A stretch of DNA of 64,000 nucleotides from an uncultured Sphaerochaeta sp. (GTDB lineage: Bacteria; Spirochaetota; Spirochaetia; Sphaerochaetales; Sphaerochaetaceae), in the NCBI GenBank assembly GCA_963677075.1, contig OY781873.1:1759715-1823714 (forward strand). Reading direction: 5' to 3'. Shown here one piece after another: positions 46,321-57,300 of this stretch. The first letter of the stretch is position 1, and each line of letters opens with the position of its first letter. The position numbers and the translations under genes were made by a program. The notes beneath the pieces are model-generated. The model was not told where the DNA came from. It did no database searches and saw only the letters and a list, made by a program, of their open reading frames with translations.

Positions 46321-46557
46321 ATGAATAATCCAAAGCTACAGAAGCAGTACTACAACGTGAAGGAAATTGCCGAATTATTGGGCATAGCGGAAAAGACTGT
46401 TAGAAAGTATGTATGGAAAAGAACGATTCCGTATTTGAAAATCGGTGGCCATGTTCGATTCGACATCAACAAGATTCAGGCATGGTTGGAACAACGAGAA
46501 GTACCTACATTGGATGAAATCAGATATGGGAGTTGGGAGAGGAAGACAGACAGATGA
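46321..46557 (+). CDS. Second excisionase-like/BldC-like HTH_17 protein
   Basis: YYNVKEIAELLGIAEKTVRKYV...IPYLKIGGHVRF; AAGGAGG RBS. Confidence 0.85.
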   Translation: MNNPKLQKQYYNVKEIAELLGIAEKTVRKYVWKRTIPYLKIGGHVRFDINKIQAWLEQREVPTLDEIRYGSWERKTDR

Positions 46558-46588
46558 ATAGGCTTCCAGAAGGCAGGAGGTTCTGAAA

Positions 46589-46897
46589 ATGGCAAAACAA
46601 ACTAAACGATATATCATTCACGATGAAAATGCTCCCAGGGATGAGAAGGTCCTGAAGATGCGGGAGAAATACGGAGCTCGAGGATATGGCCTTTTCTGGG
46701 AAATAGTAGAATATCTGTTCTCTGCAGATGGTAAAGCTGAACTCAATGCCAAGGTAGTGAGTATGGCCATAGGAGAAGATGTAAGAACTGTGAGGAATTT
46801 CCTGTCCGATTGCATCGAGGTTTACCATCTATTCGAGTCCGATGGTACATGCTTCTGGTCGAATAAACTCCTAATACAGATAGATCAAAGCAAATGA
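46589..46897 (+). CDS. DUF4373 (Lin1244/Lin1753-like) N-terminal domain only
   Basis: HD.NA..D.K...R.KYG..GYG.FW..VE.L, F.SDG..FWS.KL. Confidence 0.7.
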   Translation: MAKQTKRYIIHDENAPRDEKVLKMREKYGARGYGLFWEIVEYLFSADGKAELNAKVVSMAIGEDVRTVRNFLSDCIEVYHLFESDGTCFWSNKLLIQIDQSK

Positions 46898-46919
46898 AAT
46901 AAATAATTGTTCCAGGGCT

Positions 46920-47031
46920 ATACTCAACAATACTCAACTCACCTTCTTTCTGAAAAGAGTGGGGATGACGTTATAGTTTTGGGACGATACTCAACAAAAC
47001 TCAACTCACCTTCTTTCTGAAAAGAGTGGGG
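46920..47031 (+). repeat. Two 45-bp direct repeats with a 22-bp spacer
   Basis: ATACTCAACAA(T/A)ACTCAACTCACCTTCTTTCTGAAAAGAGTGGGG at 46920 and 46987, one mismatch. Confidence 0.92.
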
Positions 47032-47089
47032 TCAACGTTTGCAATCAAGGGTCCTTATCCGTTGCCGATGAACACAATGTCCCCATGAA

Positions 47090-48784
47090 TTGTGTTTCAC
47101 TTGTGATGTGGATACAAGAAAAAAGAGGCTGGAAGACCTCAAGAAATCATTGCTGGAGACATTGTCGGAGATGGAAGCTATCCGTCGGCCCACTGAGGAA
47201 ATCAGATGGGAAGCTTGTGCATTTGCAAAGCACAGGACCAATGCTTTCAATGTTGGACACAGCAAGATCAAGCCTGTAAAACTACACACCAATGTTCAGG
47301 TGGAGGCCATCAACACCAGCGTGAACGGGATCATGGGATATCTGATCAGCCAGAATATCCGCTGGTTCAGCTTCACAACCCAGGGCAAGAACTTCCAGCG
47401 ATCGGACAAGATCTACGGGGCGAAGGATTACCTCGAGCAGGTGATTTCCATGTTGCTCAATGTATTTGCACAGTGCAATTTCTATTCAGCAACACACCTT
47501 GCAACAAAGGACGCATTTGTACAGGGAACAAGCGCAGAATTCATCGTGGACAACCTCGATAATGGGAGCATGGTGTATGACACCATCGACCCGCAGGAGT
47601 ATTACATCGGGGAGGATGAGATGCGGAAGGTGGACAAGTTCTTCCGAGTCTACGAGATTCCCGTGAAGCTTGCCTATGAACGCTGGGGTGACCAGCTCCC
47701 GAAGGAAGTCCTCAGGATGTACCACAATGGTGCAGGCCATCAGAGAATCAAGATGCTCCATGCAATCTATCCCCGTACCGATGCGTTGGACAAGAAAGGT
47801 AAGGCGATCATATCCACCGAGAAGCGCTTTGCCTCCGTTCACTACAGCTATGTGGGTGATGAGGTGTTTGCAGAGAGTGGCTACGACGAATTCCCTGTAG
47901 CGGTCCATAGGTGGACCCTCAACGGCACCAGTCCTTACGGGAGCTCCCCGGTCATCGAATACCTTGAGGAAATCAAGAAGCTGGACAAGCTTGAATACCT
48001 GTATGCGACATCCGCCGCAAAACAGGCAGATCCTCCAATCTTTGCTCCCGAGATACTCAAGGGAAGGCTCAACCTCAATCCAGGTGGAAGGAATTATGCA
48101 AACCTTGCACAGACGGGAGAACCAAAGCTGTTCCCGTCCTCCCTCGATCTCAATCATCTTGCAAATCAGATCCAGATTCTGACCCGTATGCTCCAGGCTG
48201 TATTGTACTCGGACCTGTTCAACATCCTGATGCGGCAGGACCAACAGAGGACCGCTACAGAGGTACGTGAGATCAAGGGGGAAGGCCTGGTATTGCTCTC
48301 CTCAATCATCGGGAACATGCAGGAAGAGAAAATCACCCCACTGATCATGCGGACGTACAACATCCTCCGCAAGGGAGGCTACCTGCCCCCACCACCGGAG
48401 GAGCTCATCAAGGCTTCTGAGAATGGGGAGGTCAAGGTTGAGTTGGATGGGCCACTCGCGCAGAACATGAAGGCATATCACCAGACGACCGGTATCACAC
48501 AAGGCATGCAGGCTCTCGCAGCTGTCATGCAATTGAATCCGGATGCACAGGTGAATGTAGATTTCGATGAGCTGATTCGCCAGGCGATGAGTGCAAACGG
48601 GATGCCTCAGACAATCATCCGTGAGGTGGCGGAAGTGAAGAAAATCAAACAGAACCAGCAGAGATTGCTGGAAGCCCAAGCCGAGGCAGAGAGGCTCAAG
48701 ATACAGGCTGATGCAGTCGGGAAGATGAACAGCCCAGAAGGGTCCTCTGCTCAGGAGATGATGCAAGGGGTGGTAGGCAGATGA
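47090..48784 (+). CDS. Portal (head-tail connector, podovirus type); start may be GTG 47108
   Basis: WF.F, G.....D..G, FP....RW....G..YG.SP, Q.TATEV, P.I.R. Confidence 0.9.
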   Translation: MCFTCDVDTRKKRLEDLKKSLLETLSEMEAIRRPTEEIRWEACAFAKHRTNAFNVGHSKIKPVKLHTNVQVEAINTSVNGIMGYLISQNIRWFSFTTQGKNFQRSDKIYGAKDYLEQVISMLLNVFAQCNFYSATHLATKDAFVQGTSAEFIVDNLDNGSMVYDTIDPQEYYIGEDEMRKVDKFFRVYEIPVKLAYERWGDQLPKEVLRMYHNGAGHQRIKMLHAIYPRTDALDKKGKAIISTEKRFASVHYSYVGDEVFAESGYDEFPVAVHRWTLNGTSPYGSSPVIEYLEEIKKLDKLEYLYATSAAKQADPPIFAPEILKGRLNLNPGGRNYANLAQTGEPKLFPSSLDLNHLANQIQILTRMLQAVLYSDLFNILMRQDQQRTATEVREIKGEGLVLLSSIIGNMQEEKITPLIMRTYNILRKGGYLPPPPEELIKASENGEVKVELDGPLAQNMKAYHQTTGITQGMQALAAVMQLNPDAQVNVDFDELIRQAMSANGMPQTIIREVAEVKKIKQNQQRLLEAQAEAERLKIQADAVGKMNSPEGSSAQEMMQGVVGR

Positions 48785-49053
48785 TCAACAAGGAACAGGA
48801 GATAGACAGGGAAACCATCAGCATGCGCAATGCGTTGCGTAACGTCTATCGGACAGAGGAAGGCCTTTTCGAACTGGCAAGAACCCTGCGTGAATGCGGG
48901 GTGTTCGACCAGATTCCTTGTGAGCCCGGGGCTGTGGAACTGCACAACCACGGCATACGGAAGATGGAAGACCTGGGCCTTCTGGATGAGGAGTCCTTGA
49001 TTGAGCTCCTGAGATGGATGCTCAGCCATGAATGGAAACAACCGGTCGACTGA
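48781..49053 (+). CDS. Bbp19-like protein
   Basis: RNVYRTEEG...L...CGVF; position between portal and scaffold. Confidence 0.55.
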   Translation: MINKEQEIDRETISMRNALRNVYRTEEGLFELARTLRECGVFDQIPCEPGAVELHNHGIRKMEDLGLLDEESLIELLRWMLSHEWKQPVD

Positions 49054-49072
49054 CCGGATGAAGGAGAACGCG

Positions 49073-49822
49073 ATGGATACGAACAATGGGACCAACACTG
49101 CTGTTGAACCTGAAGCCAACGGGGCGCCTGCGGCTGATGGGATGGAACAACAGGGGTCTGGGCAACCTGAGGGAACCCAAAGCACTGGCAATTCCACCCC
49201 TGAGGGTGGGAAGGGTACGGCCAGCCCTGCGTGGATGGCACAGCTACCGAACGACCTGAAGAACGAGGCTGATCTCCAGCAATACGCAACGCTGGCGGAT
49301 TATGTGCGGAGCACAAGAGCCAAGAATGATGGGAGCGAGGGACCTGGAAGCAACACAAGGGAAACAGAGCCCATACAATACGAGAATTTTGAGAAGAGTC
49401 TGGATGCAGATTCCGACCCGTTCGGAGTGATTTCCGATTCCCTCAAGACGACATTGCAGGAAGCCGGTGTCCCAGAGGAGGTTGCAGAGAAGGTGTTCGA
49501 TGCAGTTTCCGCCGGGCAGGAAGGTTCCACGAAGCAACTGATCGAGAAGGGAAAGGATTGGTGTGAGGCGCAGCTGAAGAAGACATGGGGTGACAAGTAC
49601 GACGAGAAGCGCAAGGCGATGAGCAGGGCGTATGTAGCGTTGGTACAACCCGATGAGAATCTTGCAAGCGCATTGGATCGTACAGGGGCAAGCATAAACC
49701 CGGCAGTGGCTGATTTGTTGGCGAGAATCGGGGAGTCCATCAGGGAAGATGGCTCATTCCCGAGCAACACCACAGCCTCACGGGGGAAAAACCCCAAGGT
49801 GCCGGTCCATTATCCAGACTGA
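49073..49822 (+). CDS. Capsid scaffold protein
   Basis: Low-complexity N-terminus, PAW...LP.DL, L...WG..YD, P.V..LL.RIG..I.ED. Confidence 0.8.
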   Translation: MDTNNGTNTAVEPEANGAPAADGMEQQGSGQPEGTQSTGNSTPEGGKGTASPAWMAQLPNDLKNEADLQQYATLADYVRSTRAKNDGSEGPGSNTRETEPIQYENFEKSLDADSDPFGVISDSLKTTLQEAGVPEEVAEKVFDAVSAGQEGSTKQLIEKGKDWCEAQLKKTWGDKYDEKRKAMSRAYVALVQPDENLASALDRTGASINPAVADLLARIGESIREDGSFPSNTTASRGKNPKVPVHYPD

Positions 49823-49831
49823 GGAGGGTAA

Positions 49832-50842
49832 ATGCCTGATTATTTGACATTCGCAGACGTTGCGGCCGCAACCCACAACGAGGATCTCGTCCCTGTAGTG
49901 GATGAGGTAACCAAGCGCGTAACCATGTGGAACGATGCACCGTGGAAGGCCTCGAGCGACATGCTCAGGGATATCGGTGGCCGTGAGGGTGATCCCCCGC
50001 GTGGGACTTGGGTCGCCATCGATGAAGGGGCCAAGCCAAACAAGGGATCGCAGGAGAAGTATGCTGAGGAGCTCGGCATCATTGAGGCATGGTCGAGAAG
50101 CCTGAAGAAGACCATGGATATCAGCCCCCATGACAAGGAGCTTCGCTGGCGTGAGGATCGCAGGCACCTGCGTGGGCTCGGCTTGGATCTCGAGGAAGGA
50201 TTGCTGTACGGCAACCGCAACCAGGACCCGAGAAAGTTCCTTGGCTTCATGCCCCGGTTCACGAAGGTGACAGACATTGACGGGGTGGCAGGAGATGAGC
50301 AACTGCCGTTCATCACGCTTGATGCAAAGGGTGACAACGCAAATGGGATGTCGTCCATTCTTCTTGTCTATTGGGATGTGGACGAGGGAGCACACCTGTT
50401 GTATCCGAGCCACAAGAAGGACAACGGCATGGAGTTCACAGCATATCCATATGTGGCGGAAACCCAGCCGGATGGAACCATCATCGAGGTTGCAAAGACC
50501 AAGTATGCCTGCACGGCAGGTCTTGGGATCGCAAACCGTAAGAGTGTGATCAGGATTGCCAACATTGATACCTCAACAGAGAACATGACCACTACACTCA
50601 CTAACCTTGAGGCGGCAATCTATGATGCCTTCGCGGCAATGCCAGTGGACTTCCAGAGCAGGGCGACACTCTATGCGAACAACAGGGTGATCAGCCTCAT
50701 GCGCAAGGGATATGCGGGTCGTGTCTCCCCTGCAAAGTATGTCGATGCAATTCCCAAGAATGCCATCGGGGATGTCATGTTCGACTCGTTTGTAGTCCGC
50801 CGTTGTGATTCGATGCTTTCCACCGAATCCAAGCTGGTATGA
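49832..50842 (+). CDS. Major capsid protein (BPP-1 Bbp17-like)
   Basis: LT.AD.A, W...EG....G..EAWS, LLYGN....P.KF.G..PRF, F...VRRCD.....E. Confidence 0.88.
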   Translation: MPDYLTFADVAAATHNEDLVPVVDEVTKRVTMWNDAPWKASSDMLRDIGGREGDPPRGTWVAIDEGAKPNKGSQEKYAEELGIIEAWSRSLKKTMDISPHDKELRWREDRRHLRGLGLDLEEGLLYGNRNQDPRKFLGFMPRFTKVTDIDGVAGDEQLPFITLDAKGDNANGMSSILLVYWDVDEGAHLLYPSHKKDNGMEFTAYPYVAETQPDGTIIEVAKTKYACTAGLGIANRKSVIRIANIDTSTENMTTTLTNLEAAIYDAFAAMPVDFQSRATLYANNRVISLMRKGYAGRVSPAKYVDAIPKNAIGDVMFDSFVVRRCDSMLSTESKLV

Positions 50843-50853
50843 GGAGGTGCTAG

Positions 50854-51252
50854 ATGATTATTGAGAAGACTAGAACGGTATTCAGCCCGATCATGCTTCC
50901 ATTGACCGAGGTGGGGGCAAATGCAACCTACAACGGGGTGGAGATTGATTTTGGTGCAAAGAACCAGACCGTGGAGACCAATGAGGTCCTGGAGGTGTAT
51001 CTGGCCGAAGGAGCGACCTCTGCAGGTGCACCGACCTTGCAGGTGATTGTGGAGGCCAAGGATCCCGAGGGTGCATTCAAGCAGGTGGCATCCGGTGAGA
51101 TGCTCTCCCTTGCAGACCTCGGTGAAGGGGCTGAGGTGTACAAGGCCGCTCTGCCAGACGGATGTGGTCAGATTGTACGGGTCAGTCTGAAGAACGCGAC
51201 TGCAGATACCTTCACTGGAGGGTCCGCAGTCGGGGTTGTGAGGCCTTTGTGA
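50854..51252 (+). CDS. Capsid cement protein (Bbp16-like)
   Basis: Follows the capsid gene; beta-rich, IDFG, GA...TLQV, TFTGG. Confidence 0.65.
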   Translation: MIIEKTRTVFSPIMLPLTEVGANATYNGVEIDFGAKNQTVETNEVLEVYLAEGATSAGAPTLQVIVEAKDPEGAFKQVASGEMLSLADLGEGAEVYKAALPDGCGQIVRVSLKNATADTFTGGSAVGVVRPL

Positions 51253-51413
51253 TGGATACCTATGTAGCCAAGAGGGATTGCTACTGGAATGGTTTGTTCC
51301 TGAAGAAGGGACAGACAATCAAGGTGGCAAAAGGGACGGTCATCAGTTTCAACCTGCTTGAGAAGTTGGCCGAGGAAGAGCCTGCCCCCAAGAAGGCAGT
51401 CTCGAAAAAGTGA
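51252..51413 (+). CDS. Small virion-associated protein
   Basis: TGATG overlap; YVAKRDCYWNG..LKKGQ. Confidence 0.55.
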   Translation: MDTYVAKRDCYWNGLFLKKGQTIKVAKGTVISFNLLEKLAEEEPAPKKAVSKK

Positions 51414-51419
51414 ATGACA

Positions 51420-51435
51420 GGGGGCTTCGGCCCCC
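51420..51435 (+). terminator. GC hairpin with UUCG loop after the capsid block
   Basis: GGGGGC-TTCG-GCCCCC; poor U-tract, so partial terminator or processing site. Confidence 0.5.
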
Positions 51436-51450
51436 GAATTGTTGGAGCAT

Positions 51451-51981
51451 ATGATGACAGACCTTGAGCTTTACAGCATTGCACTTTCCCTGTTCGATCG
51501 CGAGGTCACCCAGGAAGACCTGGACAGCCCGAATCCCTCAAGGGAGGTGCGTTTGTGCAAGCTGTATCATAACCTGGCCCAACTCAGGGTGATGCGTGAG
51601 TTCGACTGGTCTTTTCTGATTGTCAGGCTCCAGCTTGACTTGGAAGACGATGAACCTGGGAGGGGATATCTTCATGGGTTCCTTCTCCCGGAGGGTTTGC
51701 TCAAGGTTGTCCATGCATTCAGTGAATTCCCCTATGAGGTGGCAGGGGGGAGAATCTATACGGATATTGATGAGCCGGTGGTATACGGCATCATGGAAAG
51801 CCTGCCTGCAAGCCATGTGCCTGCAGATTTCTATGAGTTGATCGCCTATGCACTTGCCTACCAAATCGCACCTCTCCTGGCACCGGAAGGGAAGATAGAC
51901 CAGATTACGCTTCAGAAGTACACATGGGCGCTCAATGGATTGATTTCCACTGAATGTCACAACAACAGCCGGGAGGGGTGA
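51451..51981 (+). CDS. Tail tubular protein A / adaptor (T7 gp11-like)
   Basis: ALSL.......E..LC...Y......R.F.WSF, Y...F.LP, F...I.Y.LA..IA. Confidence 0.75.
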   Translation: MMTDLELYSIALSLFDREVTQEDLDSPNPSREVRLCKLYHNLAQLRVMREFDWSFLIVRLQLDLEDDEPGRGYLHGFLLPEGLLKVVHAFSEFPYEVAGGRIYTDIDEPVVYGIMESLPASHVPADFYELIAYALAYQIAPLLAPEGKIDQITLQKYTWALNGLISTECHNNSREG

Positions 51982-51982
51982 G

Positions 51983-53590
51983 ATGGCTGATGTGTTGATC
52001 AACAACTTCACGAGCGGGGAAGTGTCACCCAAGCTAGGGGGAAGGCCGGACCTGGGAATCTATCACTCCGGTGTCAGTCGGCTTGAGAACTTCCTTGCCA
52101 TGTTGCAGGGAGGTATAACAAGAAGGCCGGGTACTGAATTGCTCGATACCTTGGAAAAGGAATGCAGGCTCATCCCATTCACGATCAGTGTGGATCTCTC
52201 ATTCATCATCGAGCTGCGACCCGAGGAAATTTATATCAGGAACAGTGATGGGACGCTGTACCCGGTCATTGTGTCAGGAGAGGACGCTCTCGGGGGGAAG
52301 AAGGTTCCCTATACCGCTGGAGAGTTGTCGGAGATCCAGTTCACCCAGGATTACGAGACGCTGTATCTGGCACACAGGAACCATGCACCCAGACAGTTGC
52401 GGTACATCGGGGGAAGCTTCACATGGTCCACACTGGTGCCCACTACGGACAACATCTATGACGGGTTGTTCCAAGGTGAGGGCAACTATCCAGGCTGTGT
52501 TGCCTACTGCAGCAACCGGCTCTGGTTTGCCTCCAGCATCAACCATCCCTACAGGTTGTGGGCCTCACGGCCATTCGTGACCAATGACTTCAGGACTTAT
52601 GATGTTGTTGTCTCTGTGGACAAGGTGATCAAGGATCCCCCTTGGCCTGAAGGTTGGGAAGAGGACCAGTCGCTCATCTATGAAGAGAAGACTACCTCCA
52701 GGGAAGTGACAAGTGCCGACAACGCGATGATTCTCGAGGTGGGATCCAACAGGAATGACCGGATTGAGTGGCTCACTGTCGGGAAGAACCTCGTTGTGGG
52801 TACCTCGAGCGGAGAATGGATCATGCCCGGCAACATCAATGCACTGGAACCTTCCATCGTGCAAACATCAGCGTACGGCAGTGCCCCTCTACAGGCTCTG
52901 AACGTGAATGAGGATATCCTGTTCATCCAGAGCGGACGGAAACGTTGCAGGGGCTATGTGATGGCGGATGGTGGTTACAGCAGCCCGGACCTGACTTTCA
53001 CTGCAGACCATATCCTCGCATCGGGGGTCAGGGAGTGGGTTTTCCAACGCATCCCTGAACCAAGGGTATACATGGTCCTGGACAATGGGGACCTTGCAGT
53101 CCTTTCTTACAACAAGCTGTACCAGATCCAAGGATGGGCCAGATGGACATTCAATGGCCGTGTAAAAAGCATCTCTGTCGTGGATACCCCGATGGGGCAG
53201 GATGTGGTGGCTGTCATTGAACGTGGGGGTATCTACCATCTTGAACGTTTCAATGAAGGTTCAAACACGTACAGCGATCAGCACAATACAGACAATCCCA
53301 TTTCATTTGACTCCGTGATGGTCTCTAACAGGTTTGAGACGCAGCTGGAAAGCGGGACCACTATAGGGAAGTCCAAGAAAATCTCCAGGATTGTTTTCCG
53401 GATGCTGAACAGCGAGGGGTTCCAAGCTGGGTACAACGGATTGGAGACATATGAGAAAAGCATCGAGGAAGGGGATGTGATGGTCCGGATCGGTGGCGGA
53501 TATGACAAGGAACTGAAAATGGAAGTGCGGTCAATCGGGGACAAGCCGTTGACGATCCTTGCGATGGTGTATGGATTGGAGGTTGGTTGA
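51983..53590 (+). CDS. Tail tubular protein B / nozzle (T7 gp12, P22 gp10-like)
   Basis: NNFTSGE.SP.L.GR.DL..Y, GG.TRRPGT, YP.....NRL.F. Confidence 0.88.
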   Translation: MADVLINNFTSGEVSPKLGGRPDLGIYHSGVSRLENFLAMLQGGITRRPGTELLDTLEKECRLIPFTISVDLSFIIELRPEEIYIRNSDGTLYPVIVSGEDALGGKKVPYTAGELSEIQFTQDYETLYLAHRNHAPRQLRYIGGSFTWSTLVPTTDNIYDGLFQGEGNYPGCVAYCSNRLWFASSINHPYRLWASRPFVTNDFRTYDVVVSVDKVIKDPPWPEGWEEDQSLIYEEKTTSREVTSADNAMILEVGSNRNDRIEWLTVGKNLVVGTSSGEWIMPGNINALEPSIVQTSAYGSAPLQALNVNEDILFIQSGRKRCRGYVMADGGYSSPDLTFTADHILASGVREWVFQRIPEPRVYMVLDNGDLAVLSYNKLYQIQGWARWTFNGRVKSISVVDTPMGQDVVAVIERGGIYHLERFNEGSNTYSDQHNTDNPISFDSVMVSNRFETQLESGTTIGKSKKISRIVFRMLNSEGFQAGYNGLETYEKSIEEGDVMVRIGGGYDKELKMEVRSIGDKPLTILAMVYGLEVG

Positions 53591-54366
53591 TGGGTGGATT
53601 GTTGGTATTGGGAGCCGTAGCCGGTGGCCTGATGGGTGCCATCAATGGGCGCAACAAGGCTGACCAACGGGAAGCTGAGTACCGGGACAAGCTTGAGGAC
53701 CTGAACAGGCAGAAGACACTGCTGGATACCGGTTACAACCAAGCAAAACAAAGCTACAACCTGGGGGTGGAGCAGGCGAAGGAGGGTACAGCCGAGGCAA
53801 ACACAGAGCTGAACCTCTTGGCAGAGGAGACCCTTGCCAACAGGGACATGGCTCTGGAACAAACTGCAACCGCCGGGTCCATGCAAAGCACCGTGAATGC
53901 GTTGCAATTGGCAACGCTGGAAGTGCAGAACACCCAACAAACGGGTGCGGCTAGGCAACAAGCGGCAACCAGCGGTTTCCGGGGAACGGGTACCGCACAA
54001 GCTCGTGTGGAGAACGCCATCAGTGCAGGAGCTACGGCAAAGGATACAGCTCGGAAGCAGAATCAGATTGCAAGGTACCAGACATACACGAGTGCCTTGA
54101 ACAATTATGTCTCTGCGAACCAGCAGGAAGCAGCATACAGAAGGAAAATCACGCAGAACAACAATGCCTTGGAAAGGGAAATAGGGAAGCTCGACCTGCA
54201 ATTGGCGCAGGCGAAGGAGACCTATGAGCTCAAGGGAGGATACCTCGCAAGTGATATCAACTATCTCAAGACTGAAGGAAGGAAAGCCCTCGATTCAGCG
54301 AGAAAGTGGGACATCATAGGAGGAGGCTTCGGCGGGTTCTTACAGGGCATGGCTATGTTCGCTTAG
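53590..54366 (+). CDS. Internal virion (ejection) protein 1
   Basis: Gly/Ala-rich hydrophobic termini and A/Q-rich coiled coil; first gene after the nozzle. Confidence 0.65.
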   Translation: MGGLLVLGAVAGGLMGAINGRNKADQREAEYRDKLEDLNRQKTLLDTGYNQAKQSYNLGVEQAKEGTAEANTELNLLAEETLANRDMALEQTATAGSMQSTVNALQLATLEVQNTQQTGAARQQAATSGFRGTGTAQARVENAISAGATAKDTARKQNQIARYQTYTSALNNYVSANQQEAAYRRKITQNNNALEREIGKLDLQLAQAKETYELKGGYLASDINYLKTEGRKALDSARKWDIIGGGFGGFLQGMAMFA

Positions 54367-54375
54367 GAGAAATGC

Positions 54376-57300
54376 ATGGGTGTGAAATCATATGTGGCGG
54401 GGCTGAAGGCTGATGCACAGGCAAGTGCCTTGGACACAGGGATGAATTTCCTCGGGGGAATAGCATCACTTGCCAAGTACGACCAAGCCCTTGACCAGGC
54501 AAAGGACAAGGCAGACATCACCCGGGAAACCACCGGTATTGAGGGGCTCAATGAGGAGTTTCTTTACAATCTCCAATACGACAGGGATTATGACAGTTAC
54601 CAAGAGAAGATTGATGCGTATTTTGCAGATATCGAGATGCAGCTTGACGAGAACGAGTTGTTGAGTGATGAGGCAAAACGGACCATCAGGGATGAGTATA
54701 TTCCCGTCTACAAGAAACAAATCTCCACCAATGCGGGCATTCTCAGGACCAAGGGGAAGATGGCTGAGATCGAGGTTGAGGTTGAAGGCCTCGGGTCGGC
54801 ATTGGCCAGTGACAGCTCACTGGATTATGCACAGACCCTGAAAGGGTACAAGGATCATCTCGAGGAGCTCCAGATCTTCAACGAGGCGACCGTCGGGAAG
54901 ATGGTTGATGAGTATGCGTATTCGATTGCACCGGTCAAGGGAATGCAGGTGGTGCAGAAATCATACATGGATCATTATGCCGATGACAGCTTCAGCCTGA
55001 CGGAAAGCATTGACCAGGTTGCCTCTGAGTTGGGGCTTGATGCAAGCCAGAAGAAGGAGATGAAGAAGCAAGTCAGTTCCTGGAAGACTGAATATGACCG
55101 GCAGATGGATACCATGTATGCCTCCCAGCTGGACGAGGTGAACGCTGGGATAGCCCAAGCATATGATGATGGTGAGATCTTTGATGTATCCATGCTTGAC
55201 GGGATGATGGAAGCACTTCCTGCCAAGCATCGGCTTGGAGTATACAAGGCCAAGAAGGATGCATATGCAAACAATGACAAACTTCTGGAAGCATCAATTC
55301 TCAGCATTGCAGACGAATCGAGAATGCCAACTGAGGCAGAATGGAAACAGGTGGAACTGGTCCATGATCCGGAGAAACGCGATGAGTTGGGCTCGACCTT
55401 GCTGGTCGGTTATGGGGAATCCCTTGTCTCTTCCGGGAAAAGCCTATCCGAGGCGAGGGAAGCAATCCAGAGCTATGATGGCCCAGTGTCAGCAAGGACA
55501 AGGACCAAGGCTCTGGCGATGTTCACCAAAGCACAGCTCGACTTGGAGAGTGATGTCACCAAGGTAGCCAAGGATATGCTCGCCAATACGGGCGATCGGA
55601 TCGACACCATTGCAAGGATCCCACAGGACACGCTCACTGATGCGATGGAAACAGCCAAGCCGGAAGCCCCCGCAATCGATGCCTCACAGTTGGGAGAGCG
55701 TGGGGAAGAGTACATAGAGGAGCACATCAGCGAAGTTGCTGAAGTTATTGCGCCCAAGATCTCCATAGGCCTCGGGTTGCCCGGGATTTCTGTGGATGGG
55801 CTGGGCGACCGGGGAGTGCCCTCTTCTCCCGAGGTTGCCAGAGAAGTCGCCAGAATGATCGTTGAGGAGCAGGTTGATGCTGTTCCCCATGAAGGTGTGG
55901 AGAAGCCGCTGGAGGGGCAAGAAGCAGAGCCAGAGCCCGAATCCGAGCTTACATGGGAAGAACCTTGGTGGTACTCCCAGTACTCGGAAAAGCGTGCGGA
56001 GCGCAGGAAGGAAATCGAGGAAGAGCGGGCTGCATATGAGGCAAGGCTTGTAAAACAGGCAGAGAGCGTACGAAAGGAAGCGGGGGTTGTTGATGCCCCC
56101 AAGGAAAGTGGTGCGTATTCGAGACCGCTCCTTGAAAGAGGGATGACACAGGAAGCGCTGGTTTCTAACATGCTCCAGATCATCAAGGACGGTGAAGGGA
56201 AATATCTCACCCAGGAGGAACTCGCCCTCATCCGCAATGATGATATCAGGGAACAAATGATTGAGATGGCCAGTACCAAGGACTCTTTCCTTGTGGACAG
56301 CCCTCTTGCTTTATCCTTCATTGATTCCTTGAGACGTGACCAGAATGTATCTTCGGAGAGCCTCCGCCAGGCGGTTGAGGGATTCGTCAACAACGGTCTG
56401 ATCAAGGCGGAAACTGCGCAGGATAAACGGCTCACCCAGAAGTATGCATTTGCTGAGAACCCCAAGGAGGCGGATCTTCAAGCCTATATCGGGAAGATTG
56501 CCGATGAGGTATTCCCCGTCAAGAAGGGTGAGGTCTACAACTCAAATCGGGATCGGCTGAGAACAACATTGAATGATTCGGCAAACAAGGCAATTGCAAT
56601 GAATCCTGAATTGCTGGGGAGTGACTTTTCCAAGTTGCAGGCACAACTCCAGACGTTTGCCGTCAATAATCTGGCCAAGAACTCCCTCGATGACCTGGAG
56701 AAGGTCACTGACTTGATGGCAAACGGGGATATCTCCAAACGCATTACAAATCTTGAGCACAGCACGGTCTCAACATTCCTGCAGGACGTACAGGCTGGGG
56801 ATTATGACGTTCTGATCAACTATGACGTGGTCCAGCAACCAGAAATCAGAAGCTTGAGGAATGCCGACAAGACAATTGTCCAGGATGCACTCTCCAGGAA
56901 ACTCACTCCATACAAGGATTACCAGGAACTGCTGGATAACGGGACACGGTTTGAACAATTGAAGGTGATGGCGAATGTGTCTTTCCTGATGGCAGGTGGA
57001 GCGCTTGAAAAAGCCCTGATAGGATCCTTTGGCATCAAACCCAGTGACATGAAGGTCATGGGTAAGAATTGGGCTTTTTCGGACCCGAAGGCGGAAGGAT
57101 TGTATTTCATCGCCACTGATGCAGATGCCGAAAAACGAGGCACCTTGGGTTGGGGGATGGCAACAGCAGACTCCGACGGGGTCCACAACCTTGTGATGTT
57201 TGCTGATTACGTCGACCCGCAGCTCACTTATGAGATAGAGACACTCAAGAAACAGGCTGGGGACCCAATGTTCGATTCCAGGAAACAACAAGCGGACCGG

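Noticed and set aside
46920-47031. Mini CRISPR array or RNA anti-CRISPR repeat
   Set aside because: Only two units, 22-bp spacer, no GAAA[CG]/ATTGAAA-type end, internal sub-repeats typical of protein-binding sites, no cas genes in the window
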